A stretch of 64,000 nucleotides of DNA from Chiloscyllium plagiosum (GCF_004010195.1 NC_057718.1:86543514-86607513), one strand, 5' to 3'. Positions 12,850 through 26,900 are shown, numbered from the stretch's first letter. The notes: generated by a model from the sequence alone, not told the origin. Translations and numbers: made by a program.

Positions 12850-15800
12850 ATAAGTCTTCAACTTAAAATGGGGTACACTCTGAATCAGCAGCATATCTGC
12901 ACCAGCCAAGCATTATGTGGCCTTCTCACAGCTGTCTGATATCGGTGGGCCAAAGCAGATATTTAGATGGAAGTTGTGGAAGTATACCTTCCACAAATTC
13001 AGAAGGGTCGCAAAGCCACTGCTCAAAACGGGAACTGCTCCAGGTCAGTACAGGTAATAAATATCACTGCAGATGATACCCCTATCAGACAGCAGGTTGC
13101 CAAACCACAGCAGATTTTGTTAGTCCTGGCAATACTTAATGTCCATCTCACAACAAAAAGAACTATGTTCCTGAATATGCCTTGTTCAACCACTGTTCTC
13201 AAGCTAGGGAAGAACAAACACCTTCCTTTACTGATATGATTCAGCAGACACCCTTGGTAATGAGTCAGATAAACTAGTCAGTTTAAACAGTTATGACACT
13301 ATAAACTAATGTATGGTTTATACGAGATAGAATAGTGGTCAGAGTCCTCAATGACAAACTGATTGTTTGCAGTCTAAAGAAGACCTACCATGACAGCAGG
13401 TAGACCTGGATAAGAGGCAAACACAGCTAAGAATTTAAAACTGGGACGCAATTCACGGCAGCTTGAGGCTTAGTCCAAGCCCATGATATGACTAAGTCCA
13501 AAGTTGTCCACCTCACCCAACATAAAAGGCAGCCAAGTCAGGGAAAAGGCAGGAAGCAGTATTTTGAACCGCTGGCATTGTGTGCAAGACAGCATCACAA
13601 CTCTGACTAATTAAGGGGGTACACAGTTTTATTGTGGTAAAATCTATAATTGTGAATCTATAATCTTCTATGGAAGATATACATACAAAACAATAATTCT
13701 GGTCACTGCATTTGGAATTTAAACTGGATTCAGGAGTGGCTGTCACAATGTTGGTGCACCATCTCAACAGGCCTCACATAATGAACCTCCAGTCACCTAA
13801 AATCAAATTACAATCTCTGCCCTTAAAGGTCATTTCAAAGCAATTCTTGGCCACAATGGTCAACATATTAACAAAACTATCTCTTTGGTTTGCAACCAGA
13901 GAATCTCATTCCTAAGTAGGCAAACGTATAACCAGTTAGGCCTTCCACAGTGCATACATCAAATCACCAGATAAAGGGTGTGCTGTCACTGTGACTAGAG
14001 TTCCCATCAGTCAGCCAAAGGCTGGGTAAGTTTAAAACCAAGCACCGCATTACAATGTCACAAGATGTTCCCTAGAAGGGCCCTGCACCCTGCACTATTG
14101 GGCAACAGTAAAGGAAGAGTTGGGTAGGATTTTATGAAGGAGTCATTTCTTTTTCCCCAATCAGAGCCAACGCAATTGTGCTCTAGCCTGGTCACTGTTC
14201 CAAATCCAAACTAATTAGCTCCACCTCTTCATCAATTTAACACAATAAAGCGAGATGAACTCCATGTCCTTGGATGGCAGCCTGGGAAAATCCACCAGTA
14301 GTGCACTTCTTAGCTAACAGCAGCTTCTGGTAAAGTGCCAACATAACAAGGGTCTAAACTGCTGACCTCACTAAACACATCCTTCAGACATTATTGTTAC
14401 AGTTAGGTCCCAGGTGAAATATTGTCACGTCCAGAGATATTTCAAAGCATTAAGCTCACAATTCTGAAGGAAAGGGCTAAATGGAAGATATTTGGATCCA
14501 TGCGGCTATGAGAAAACAGCACAACAACACAATTAGTGGAATTTTAATGTCTTTTCAGAAATTGGTCTCGCATCGAGAAACAAAATGTGGATGTGCAAAA
14601 ACAAAATCGGCCAAATTGCTGGCTTGAATCATTCAAAAAAAAAGATTGACTATGATCTGCAAAAGGCAGACCATCACTGACATTAACAACCCAAGTGGTT
14701 TAAACATTCAGGTTTCCTGGTACGGTTAACCAAACAGGCAGCTTCATCTCCAACCTTGTCCCTGTCATTGAACCTTGAAGTTACCCACCTAAGAGTCAAC
14801 AATGGTACTGAATAAGTATTTCTAGGGATTAAAGAGAAACTTATCATCAAGTAGCTCTGGCCATTGATGACCCCAAATTACCTATTAAGGTCACAATGGA
14901 CATCTCTCCACTGGCCTTGAAGTAGTCCTTATTCAACTCCAAGTGAACAAGAAAATCCATGTACTTTGCATCTGACCTTGTCAGAAACAGAGCGACTGAT
15001 AAAGAGCTCTTAGCTATCACATGAGCTGGTGACAAATTCTTCAGAAATCTAATGGGTCTGCTTTCAGGTGAACATGGACCACAGGTCCTTATTCATCCTC
15101 TTAGCTCCAATGAGTGTGCCAAGATGCCCTTGAGAACTCAATGATTCAGAACTCATTTGATTCACTATTATAGAAATAACATTGCAGGCAAACACAAACT
15201 GTGGCAGATGCTTTGAGCAGGGTGATGGTCCATTCTATTACAGAATATGATTGACTTTTGTTTCTGAGCAACATTGCCCTCAGAAGCCCTTTGCTTGCCT
15301 CAAAGAAGTTTCAAGCAATCAAAATGGTTTAACCAGCAGCTGATCAATGCATCCAAGTCATATTTTACCAAGAAAGATAGCCTGACTACACTGACTAAAA
15401 CTCAAGTGATATCTCAATGAAAACATCAACACCAGCTGTGGATGATCTATTAGTCTTCAATGATCATCTGGCCATACCAAATGGGAGCTCAGAAAGCATC
15501 ATCCTGAAGACAGTGATACCAAGTGGCCTCCATGTAAGTGCAGGACCAAGCCCAGCAATTAATGGAGTGGCTGATTATCTCCAAGTCCATGGAGAACCAC
15601 ATTTCCTCCTGCCGCACATTTAAACTTCACAAACCGCAATACAGCTAGTATTCCCAGGCTGGCAATGGTAATGGTCATCAGACCTCTCCACTTTTAAAGA
15701 GCATGTTTACTGTATTGTTGTGGACTACTCTTTCAAACTGGTCAAGATCAACCACAATGCAACTGTCCACACAGTCTTAAGTTTTTAAATATGTTTGTCA

Positions 15801-15890
15801 TATCCATGTAATCGCAAACGAGGCATTCTAATAAATGACAACTTGGGAATGAGGTCTTCAAGAAAATATGCTATTGACAAGCTTAATTAA
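12850..15890 (+). mobile_element. Gypsy LTR-retrotransposon gag-pol fossil
   Basis: Ordered motifs: protease FKLDSG (~13718), RT PEIFQ and MEDI (~14430-14490), RNase H end VADALSR (~15200), integrase VVDY (~15720); boundaries approximate. Confidence 0.8.
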
Positions 15891-15899
15891 GTCATAAGC

Positions 15900-16640
15900 T
15901 CTGAATTGAACTGAATTTATTGCCACATGTACCAAGGCATGGTGAAAAGCTTTCTTTGTCTTACGAGCAATACAGGCAGATCACATAGTTAAGTTGCATA
16001 GATAAATAAATAATTGGCAAACAGCAGCAAAAACAAAAACACAGGTACAGGTGAACGTTAAGACTTTGAGTGTCCATTCAGTATTCTAACAAACAGTCAA
16101 GTGGAATCGAAACCAGTGTGTGTTCAGGCTTCTGTACCTTCTCCCTGATGGTAGAAGTCAAAGAAAAACATTGCCAAGGTGGGATGGATCTTTGAGAATG
16201 CTGACGGCCTTTCCTTGACAGCGGGCCTGGTAGATGAATTTGATAAGATGGGAGGTTGGCCTATGTGATTGTCCAGGCCGAGTTCACCACTCTCTGTGAC
16301 CGTCTCCGATCTTGAACGGGACAGTTGCCACACCAGGGAGCGTAACATCCAGACAGAATGCTCTCAATAGCACACCTATAAAAGTTGGCAAGGGTATTCA
16401 CCATCATGCCAAATTTCCTCAACTGCCTGAGGAAGAGGAGACATAGTTGGGCCTTTGTAACCAGTGCATGCATGTGAAGAGTCCAAGAAGGCTTGTTGTA
16501 GATGACCACTCCCAGGAGCTTGACACTCTCCACTCGTTCACTTCTGTGCTGTTAATGTGTAGGGGGGCATGAGTAACATCCCGCTGAAAGTTGAAAATGA
16601 GTTCCTTGGTTTTGCCAGCATTGAGAACTAGATTATTCTC
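15900..16640 (-). mobile_element. Rex1/Babar-type LINE 3' fragment
   Basis: NNLVLNAGKTKELI, KAQLCLLFLRQLRKF, FYRCAIESILSGC; AATAAA plus short repeat tail near 15900-15920. Confidence 0.85.
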
Positions 16641-17717
16641 TCTGACCTCCGTACTCATGTAGATGGAGAGAGTAGAAGGATGCTGAAGATGTTCTTGCTG
16701 AGAAATGCTGACTGGAGTTTAGCCTTGATCACCTACAGGTGCTTAAGTAACTGCTTCTCACCATCTGAGCTGATGGGCAGGTATTTGAAAATCCAAATTT
16801 CAGCAGGGAAACTGAGATCACATATCCTGCCAAGGGACCAGACAGGGAGAGTCTTTGAACAAGCATGTTGAACAGATTCCATACCCATTATCCTGTAGCC
16901 TTTAGTAACTGAATATGATTGGCAAACTCCTTGGAGCTGGATTAAATCTGGAAAAATTGATCTGGAGAACAGAATGAACTTGGCCAGTGATCTCAGAGCT
17001 CATAAGAAATAGGAGTAGGTCACTAAACTTATCAAGCCTGTTCCATGATAACGAGATCAATTTTAACTAATGGAGGAAAATTAGATCAAGACTAGTTGAA
17101 GAAATCTCAGCGTTGAGAATGCATTGAGTCCAGCTGAAGTAACGGTTTGAAACGTTACCGAAACCCCCTCTTCCCCTTTGTTAGCCCCAGGCCAGAGAAC
17201 TGCATTGCACTTCTGGACTTTAACCCTCTGTAAACTGGAGGTCATCTAAAACTCATGTTGTTACACTCAAAGTCAGACCAATGACCACTGTTGTCACTGA
17301 CTTATCCTTGCTCCCAGTCAAGACACTCTTGAATGCATTAATTGAACCTGCCTCTACCATACTTCCAAGCAGCGCATTCCAGACTCTCGCTGAGTGGAAA
17401 AGCTTTTTCCTTTGTTCCGCACTTTTCTTTTGCAACAGATTTTAAAACTGTGGCCTCTGGTTCTCAATGCTTTTAGGAGTAGGATCTTTCTCTATATCTA
17501 CACTGTCCAGACTCATGATATCTCCTCACCAAGGAAAACAGTCCCCAACTTCTCCAATCTTTCCTCAACTGAATTCTCTCATCCCAGAACTATTCTGAAA
17601 TGTCTTCTGCCTTCACAACCTGTCTACAATAACACTCAGAACTGTATGCAATATTCCAGCCGAGATTTAACCATTGTCCTATATAAGTTCATCATGATCT
17701 CCCTGCACTTAAACTCT

Positions 17718-17935
17718 GAGTCATATACAGCATGGAAACAGACCTTTCGGTCCAATCCATCCACACCAACCAGATATCCCAAACCAACCTAGTCTCACCT
17801 GCCAGCACCCAGCCCATATGCCTCTAAACCCTTCCTATACCCATCCAAATGCCTCTTAAATGTTGCAATTGTACCAGCCTCCACCACTTCCTCTGGCAGC
17901 TCATTCCATACTCTGTGTGAAAAAGTTGCCCCCTC
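17718..17935 (-). mobile_element. CR1/HER1 3' end inside an older CR1 remnant
   Basis: Reverse complement of the 3' tail seen at 1540-1735. Confidence 0.85.
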
Positions 17936-20900
17936 TCATCCCTATTTATGAAGCCTAAAATTCTGTATACTTTATTAGCAGGTCTTTAACTATTTTGGCA
18001 CCTTTGATAACTAATGTACATACTCACTCAGATCTCAATGCTCCTGCACAGCCTTTGTTTTATACTGTCCCTCCATGCTCTATTAAAGTATCACCGCACA
18101 TGTCTCCACATAGGTAGCAGATGAAATTCAATCTGCCCAGTCTAATTTCTCAATGCCCTTTTGAAGTTCTACACTGTCCTCCTCTGAATTCACAATTCTC
18201 CCACAAATCCTCAATCTTTGAACTGACCCCTGCACACCAAGATCTAAACATTCAACTAAAATCAGGAAAAGCAATAATCCAAACTAATCCCTGAAGAAAT
18301 CCATTACAAATCACCTTTAAACTTGAAAACAGCCACTAACAATTAATCTGACAGCCTAAACCAAGTGAATTTTGTACCAACTTGCTACTGTCCCTTTTAT
18401 TTCAGAACCTATAACTTTGTTAGTCTGTAATGTGGCACTGCCTTTTGGAAGTCTATATACACCATATCAATAGTCTTGCCTTCATCAAACCTTTCTGTTA
18501 CCTCTTCAAAAAGTCTTTTATTCCTGAATAAATCTACATTAAAACTGACTTGCACTAGTTCTGAAGAGTCAAAGAAACCTCTTGACCTGAAATGTCAACT
18601 TTCTTCTCCACAGGTACTTTGGGTTGGTTTGCTTTTTATGACCGATTTATTTTCAAGTCCTTTAGTCTTTGGGAATACATTTATCACAGGTTCCCAACAA
18701 ACTTCTAACTCTTTCATTGACATGTCTGCTTCGGAGAAAATATGGCCCATTTTATATTGATTACAGCACCTAGTCTCATCATTTGCCATCTACTTTGCAA
18801 TCAACTGCATACTTTTAAGGGCTGTTACACAAACAATGTAATAAATTTGTAATTTCAAATTAATTGGATCTTAGTGTGATTGAAGATGTACAGAGTTTTC
18901 TTCAGTTTAATAAGGAAGTTTAATAAGTCAAATATTCGATACTTGAACTTCCTCACCCAAACTAAATGTGAAAATGCTTTAAAATGTATAGGAAATAGCA
19001 GCATTTTGTATTCTCATTCTGAGGCTCTTTGTTCAACAATTAGATTTTGTATCAATATTTGAACTTTGCATTCAATTTAAGGCTGCACATTCAAGTTTGT
19101 ATACTGGAGAATATTTGGGGCTACTTTATTTCAATGTAATCATCCAAATCCACAGTTATGCAAAGAAATGGTTATGCTTCGCTTATGCAGAGACTTGCTC
19201 AAACCCTATTTACATCAGTTTTAGGCATGGGACTAGACAAAATATCTTAGTTTCAGTGTTTGAGGGATGGTGGAGAAAGAGACACAACAGAATTATACAA
19301 TGGTTTAAAAGATTAAATTGCACAGACAAATTGTACGAATGTCTTTTTAAGACTGAGGAGCGATATCTAAATGAAGTACTTAATCCAGAACAAGAAAACA
19401 CAATCTGTAAAGTAGAGTAAGACCAATTAGGAATGAAATTGTAAAGTACTTTTTCCATATTAAGGGCAGTGGAAAGTTGTTCCTAAAAAAAAACTAAATC
19501 ACTGAGTCAAGTGTACCAAATGCCAGAACTGCTTCATGATAAGGTACCAAAATGCTGCATCTGCAACAGTCTTCATGTTGCAAGGTCTTATGAAACTATT
19601 GTAGGGTGGAATGATCAGTGTCATTACTGATTGTCATTTGGAAGCACTCAGGACACTGCAAGCAATTTTTCTCAAAATAAAGCACTGAACTGTGGCTGCA
19701 TTTCAGGTACTTGGCAGAAATTTTGATCAAGCTGTTTAATACACGTTACAACACATCTGAAGGGCAGACTTGAAGCCAGACCTTCTGGCCCAGCGGTTAT
19801 AGACACTAACACCAGGAGACCCACTCTGACAAAATTTGTGTACTATGTTTAAGCCTAACTGAAGAATTGGAGCTATGAGAGAAACACAGCAACACAGCTT
19901 GAGTGGAGGTGTCTTAAACCTGGTGCCTGACGAATTTGCGTTGATCCAGTAAAGGTAGAGACTTCAGACTGTCAGTTTCCCTTCTCCCAAGTAAGGCCTC
20001 TTCCTCGATGCAATTCTTCATATTTTCACCAACTGCTTCCTATTCCAATTCCCCCTGTGTCCCTCACACACTATGTTTAATCTCAGTGTCCAAACCTTGA
20101 TGACTGGCAGAGTAAGAGATAACATGATGGGTATTGTGCAGAACCTCAGGTCAAGTCCTAACTCTCCTAACTGGAGTGTTTTAGATGTGGAGGGAGATAA
20201 AACAATCCTCATTTGTTTGCAGAACATTCAAACTAACAACTCAGACAAAGCAGCCTGTTCAACTGGCACTCCTTGCACACGTGTATCGTCTACAACTCGC
20301 TGAAGCTCCTTTGATAATACATTTCAAACCAGTTGTCTCTTTCTTAGACAAGCAAAAGGAGATTAGGATCCCCATCCACGATCAGCTCTTCTCCAAGTCA
20401 AATACTATCCTGACTTGAACACACCCATTCCTTACCTTCATACACAATGGCAAAATGCAAACCCTGCAACAATGCTTTCATACCGAGCTCTCTCCTTGGC
20501 AGCGCACCATTGCAAAGTATTTCTTCCACCAGGTATATGACCTCAGCTATAACATGCAGCTCCTATTTGTAGATAGTTTAGGTCTCCAAAATGCCTTGTT
20601 GGAGTTGCTTGTATGTCTTTTACTAGGATCTCATCTTGGTTTGGGAGGTATTGGAGGATACCCCAATAACTGACATTGTTGCCTTTCCCCATCTAGACTG
20701 TAGCCAATGCAATCCATAGCTTAAAAACTGCTGCCCTCCCATGTCAAGACTTGGAGGCATGTGGTAGACCCCTGCTCGAGTTGAACCCAGGTCAGTTAGA
20801 GAATCGCTAGAACGACTTCCACATAATCAGAGGCATGTCAGAGATTCCATCTATGCCATTTCACTCAGCACAAAGGAATTTCTTGTACTGGCTGCAGCTG

Positions 20901-22149
20901 TATATTTTCCACTGTCTGCCCTCATCAGCCGTCTAGACACCCCATGACATTCCATCCTGTCATCCAGAGGTGGTGGTGGTGAATGCTCCTAGGATAGACT
21001 CTCTACAATTCAGGAATCAGGAGTAAAGGGTGTTGCAGGCAGCGGCCCGGTGCAATAAAAGAGGCAAAAGATTGTTCACAGCCTCCAGGGTTTTGTGCAG
21101 CCTTGAGCAGACTGTATTGGAGCAGTTTGCAGCCCCTCAAGTTTGTTGGCACTTCAGCCCCACAATCATACTTCCTTTGGCCATCCAATGTGAAGGGGGG
21201 GATGAGACGACAGATGAGAGGACTCCCTCAAGGGTCTGCTCCTGGGCCTGGCCAAGGTAGTCATAACTATGTCCAGAAAACCAACAGGAGTCCACTGGCA
21301 CACTTGAGGCCATCTACAGCTATGAACACTGCAGGAGCGGGAATTTTTTAGGAATTCACAAAGCATTTTCATTGGAATTTTAAATTTAGTTCTATGAATT
21401 CTGTTACAGTGCCCCTTTAAGACCATAAAATAGACAGCAGAGTTAGGCTATTTGGCCCATTGAGTCTGCTCCACCATTTGATCATGGCCAATATGTTTCT
21501 CAACCCTATTCTTTAATTTGGTTTTGGTTTAATAACACTTCACTGATTTTAAAAGAGCTATCACCATTCCTTCATCATCATTAGGTCAATATCATAGAAA
21601 TCACCTACACCAAACATACAAGTTGAAAGCAACGTCGCTTGCAGTTAGTTGTCAGGAATGAGTTGTTAGGAATAAGCAATAAATGCCTGGACTTGGCAAT
21701 ATGCACAAAGTCATGAACAAATGATAAGGGTGTGGCTTCCCTTCCTAGCCATCCATAACAAACCCATTCACATACCCATCTCAGAGGCAGGCAGCAATAT
21801 CTTTCTACATTTCCCAATTCATGTCATTTGTTGCATTTAGGACTAAAGGCTGTCTCTGCAGATTTTTCTTTCAAATACAACACTCAGTCCAGTGCAGTTG
21901 TACTGACTACATACCATAACAGAATTTTCCAATCTTTCATTACAAATATGGCTGCCCAATGGTAGAACATCATTCTAAGACCCCACCAGGAACAAGATTA
22001 CTATCTTTCTTATCCACATGAAAGGGATATGTTAGCCTGTAGACGCTCTCTCATATTACCACTATCCACCAAATAGGAATGGTTATGCTCTGCCGAATCC
22101 CTAGGTTATGAGACCCTCCTCTTTCCCAAGTTTCTGCTACATCTATTTA

Positions 22150-22650
22150 TTTCTTAAGGTCTCTGAGGAAGAATTTTCTTGCTATAGACGGAGTGTAGCA
22201 AAGGTTTACCAAATTTACTCCTGGGATGGCAAGATTGACTTTGAGGAGGGATCAAGTCAGATAGCATTGTATTCAATAGAGTTTAGTGAGAATCTTAAAT
22301 CCATAAGGTTCTTGCAAAACTAAATAGGTTAGATGCAGAATCAGGGTCATAGTTTAATGATGGGGCAAACCTTTCAAGACTGAGATAAGGAGAAATTTAT
22401 TTTCCCAGAGAAAGCGGTGAGTCTGTTGAAATCATTATCACAAAGTGATTGAGGCCAAGATGGGTGTTTCCAAGATGGAGGTGGATGTAACTGCTATGGC
22501 TAAAGTGATCAAGAGATATTTAGGGAGGGCAGGGGAATTAAGGTATTAAGCTTGATGATCAGCCCTGAGCGTATTTACTGGAGATGCAGGCTAGAGGGGT
22601 TGAATGGCCTATTCCTGCTCCTATCTTCTGTGTTTCTATGCTTCTCTTAT
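22150..22650 (+). mobile_element. Old CR1 3' fragment
   Basis: gagataaggagaaatttattttcccagag and gaatggcctattcctgctcct tail typical of shark CR1. Confidence 0.7.
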
Positions 22651-23623
22651 GCACCCACTTTTCATCAAGTCCCACACTCATCATTGCAAATTGCACAAGT
22701 ATTGCTCTTCCTTCATTATTACTGGATGAAAAACTTTCCACCAAACAGCAAGCACAGTGACAGCATCATAAGCAGAGTACAGTCTCACCAGTTCCCACAA
22801 CCCACCTCAGCTAATTCTGTACTCCTTTCCTGCAGAATAACATTGTTTTCTCTCTCTCTCTGGTTGTACTGCATTTTCCTGATCTCTTCGTCTCCCTTGC
22901 CTCCAAATTTTTTTACATCACCATTCAGCCAGAGTCTGCAAGACGTGCTGTGCTGCACAAGAATTTCCAAAAAGATCATCCATTCCATAAGTGATAATAT
23001 TTGGGTTCCGATCAACCCTACAGCTGCAAATAATGGAAGGCTTTTGCAATGGCAAGTGGGTCGATTATCTCCCTTATCCTGGTTGTTACCTGGATTCCTA
23101 AGACTTGGGTGATCTCTGTGCATGGAGAGGGAAGAAGGGATTGAAGAATGTGTATTCCATACCAGGTAAAGTTTGTCCATTTTCAGCATTGGGATTACTG
23201 GCTTTGTGCCAAACACATTGTAAGCACTTGGCGGGCCACCTTAGGCAAGTAGAACAATCAGAGGGCTTGGGATGTGGCAATGGGTTTCTGCCACGTTAAC
23301 CAGATCCTGTGGTAATATTTTGCAGATAGAAAATAGCCACCTCCCCACAGTGCTTTCAAACTATCACTAAAACGTTAGCTTTCTGATTCAGGAATCTGAA
23401 GCTAAAACAATGTGCTATGCAGGCAATTAAACAACTTCAGTTAAACATTTTAATTTAATTATGCAGCAATTATTGAACTGCTACAGTCAAAATATACAGT
23501 AGAAAACTAACTTCCAAAATGGTAGGTTAATGTTAAACCTACCATGCCTTGCCTTTGCCCACCCATTGAGTGGTTCCTTGGAACTATTTAAAACAGCATT
23601 TCCAAAGCATGCAACACTCATAT

Positions 23624-23689
23624 TTTATTAACCCAAATCCTCATTCATTATTTTTGTAAACAATAAACGTCTGAATTAGTCCATTTATT
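23624..23689 (-). terminator. Candidate proximal (intron 7) poly(A) signals
   Basis: AATAAA at 23689-23684 and 23629-23624, 108-170 nt after the RWK stop. Confidence 0.45.
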
Positions 23690-23796
23690 AGATGGAATGG
23701 AGTTACAAAAATATTAAAAGTAGCAGCCAGGCAAATCAGTGCAGCGTGCTCCAATCCACACCACTTCACCTTGTTTCTGAGGAAGACTGTGCAGAG

Positions 23797-23976
23797 TCAC
23801 TTCCACCTTGGCACTTGCTTATCTTGATCTGTTAAAGGCACGTAGATCACTCCCATCAGGGGTTTCGTGCTGATGCTGCCATTCGCTAGCTTGTCATGTT
23901 GCTCCAACATCTGGTTTCCTCCCGGAGGGCCGACTGGCAAAATCATCCTCCCACCTGGCTTCAACTGATCGAGCAA
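23797..23976 (-). CDS. PCMT1: PCMT1 exon 7 coding part ([10 protein letters not shown]...[10 protein letters not shown])
   Basis: Acceptor ctttctccag|, TGA at 23799-23797; candidate donors AG|GTGGAA (23807/23806) and AAG|GTGAAG (23770/23769). Confidence 0.96.
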   Translation of the reverse strand: MLDQLKPGGRMILPVGPPGGNQMLEQHDKLANGSISTKPLMGVIYVPLTDQDKQVPRWK

Positions 23977-26900
23977 CTGGAGAAAGCCAGAATGGTTTGC
24001 AGGCAGAGGGGGACAATAACAAGGAGAGGATAAAGCAAATGAGAGTAGAGACACGGAAGGGTGAGAAGCACAAGGAAAGGAGAGATTCACAGGGTGAGAG
24101 ACATTGAAAGCCAGAGTACAATCATTGTGATGGAAATAGAGAAATAGAGAGACAGCGAGCAGAGCGCGAGAGCGAGCGAGCGCGAGAGGAGAGAGAGAGA
24201 GAGAGAGAGATAGACAGGCGTACACAGAGGGGTGGAAGGAGAAAAAGAGGGGAAATTAGAGAACGTGGATGAATAAAATTTTATATCACTAAGAATTTCA
24301 ATTAATCACGTGCTGACCAATGCTTTTGCTTCTATACCCATCACATTAGCCAAGCTCCTTAACATCAGTTGCGACACAATATTTCCCTCACTGAGTCAAG
24401 AGGTTGCCCAGTCGAGGTCTACTCTAGAGGCAACCACAAAATTTTAGGTTGACAGTGCAGTACTCAGGGATTAAGGCACTGTTGGAGGCGGCCTTCTTCT
24501 ATCGAGACAAGACAGCAGCATCCTATCTATTGTCTCAGGTGAACAAGAATCGATCCCCAGACACTATGCAAAGACACAGAGTTATTCCAGTGTCCTGGTT
24601 AATACTTATCCTTCAAATCAGCTTGAGGCAGATCACCTTTGCTTTATCACATTGCTATTTGCGGATTCTTGCTGTGGGCAGAAGTGGTGTGTAATATAAA
24701 AACAAGTTTATTTTACTTGTTTTATTTAGTACGTATGCTTAACATTAACTTGCAAGGAGCAAGTAAAGTGCATAACATGATTTTGACTCGCTTGCTAACT
24801 ACAATACAATCTCACAATTCCGCCTGCCTCCTCACATCAGGCAGCAAACTGCATGCCTAAAACTGTAGCTGAATTTAAATAGTAATTGATACCATCACAG
24901 TAAAACAAAACAGAGGTCTCACTTTGAAGCAGTTAAACAGTTTGTTCATGTGCACAAGCCCTCAGAAATTAAGCAAAACCTTCCATTTAGTTCATGGCAT
25001 TTGATTCCAGTGAAGTTGCCAAGTTTATAATGCTGACTCCAAATGTTTCAATGAACGATCCTCAGACAATACACAGTTTCTTGAAATGAATGTCACAACA
25101 TTAAATTACTGCCTACAAGTCAGCAGACTATCCTGTGTAGAATTAATCCAGATTTAGCCAGTTTGAGAGAATGCAAGAACATTCTGGGTACGTATCAGGT
25201 TACAAGTGCATCTTTATTAATCAACCCAATTCATCTCTGCACAATAGCTCTTAATTTTTAACCAAACATTATCTTGAATGTGTCTCAAAAGTGGGAAATT
25301 TAGCTGAAGTTAAAAGAACAAAACTGACCGTTTCCTAGCTACTATTTGGTGTCTACTTGTGGCACTGATCCAATTACAAAAATATTAGCTTTTGGACAGG
25401 AGAATGAATTTTAGAAATCCAACTTGGGTGTCAGGTGAGGACAGATTTGAACTACACCATGGAACCATCAAACTAAAATATTCAGCCCAAGTCAATGAAA
25501 GGATTAGATTAGATTAGATTTGATTAGATTCCTAACAGTGTGAAAACAGGCTCTTCGGCCCAACAAGTCTACACCAACCCTCCGAACAGTAACCCACCCA
25601 GACCCATTTCCCTCTGACTAATGCACCTAACACTATGGGCAATTTAGCATGGCCAATTCACCTGACCTGCACATCTTTGGGCTGCGGGAGGAAACCTGAG
25701 CACCCGGAGGAAACCCACACAGACACGGGGAGAATGTCTGTGTGGAGCTTGCACAGTCACCAGAGGCGAGAATCGAACCTGGGACCCTGGTGCTGTGAGG
25801 CGGCAGTGCTAACCACTGAGCCACCGTGCTGCCCCAAGAAACTGAACTGAAACAACCATGTGAAAATGTTTGCTTAAATTCAAGTACTTTTCACACATGT
25901 AGGTAGTACCGATAGTAGAACACAGCCCAAAAACATATTCAGTCAGATCAGGCTTGAAACTCAATCTCTTCATAGATGCTACCAGGTCTATTGGTTTTCT
26001 CCAACATTTTGTTTTCATTTCAACTGTTTCAGCGTGCAGCATTTTGCTTTTATTTTTAAAAGAATTAGTCTCTACTTTGGAGCAGATGGTTCCGTGCTTA
26101 TTGCGATTTCAGTTCAGTCAACACAGGAAAAAAAACAGAATAATGTAGAGACCTCATCCTGCAACGCACTGCATTTTTCTCCAGCTTACAGTATTGTTTG
26201 AAAATGACTTACTGCCTGTGGGACCATGCTTGCTGCTGCCCCCACATGGATGGCATCATAAGGAGCTTCCTCTGGATATCCTTGTCTCCCATCGCCCACT
26301 ATGAACAACAATTGAATATCAAACAATTAAAATTATTCAAAGGAGGAATTTTAACATTTATGATTCCAAAAAGAACAAATCAATTTTCAAAAAAAGTGTT
26401 TCTATTGTGCTCTATTTGCACCCATTAATCAGTTGCAGAGGACAGGTTTTACACACTATTTCAGACAAAACCAAAAGAAAAGGTAGAAGCTGAACAGTTC
26501 AAACAGAAATTCAATTTTGTGGTACCACTTTCCAGTTAATCATTGATAGATATGCACACAAAGCTGCTCACTCACCTAAAAACTTTATTCTTCCTGATGA
26601 CAGCAAGGTTGGATCATCTTTCTTAACATTATTTATGGAGTCATTTACCAGTTCCTTAATATGCTCAATTCCCACCACTCTTCCACTTGGACCGACCTGG
26701 ATAAAAAGACATATCTGCATAATTTCTAAACTATTCCTTTCCCTTCCGTGGTAGGTTTGATCTAACGTTTGCATGATGCTTTGCTGTAGATTTGAAAGGG
26801 ACACAAGCTGGGTTCACAAAAGGAAAACAATAGTGAAAGGAAGAATGCAGTTACAGGAGGTGAAGGAGGCAAATGGTACAATGGCCTTTATAGTGAGAGA

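Noticed and set aside
20680..21350. Possible RTE/Vingi-like LINE remnant (also 53000-53260)
   Set aside because: Motifs are too degraded to support a call by eye.
22552..23299. 186-aa and 143-aa opposing ORFs
   Set aside because: Partly a CR1 tail; no domains or convincing exon structure.
23977..24225. N-terminal part of ORF 23797..24225
   Set aside because: Read-through into the pyrimidine tract of intron 6; low complexity.
12500..25850. Recurrent short ORFs ending in LAMLNCP, and tRNA-like heads
   Set aside because: These come from HE1 V-SINE copies; they are neither genes nor true tRNAs.
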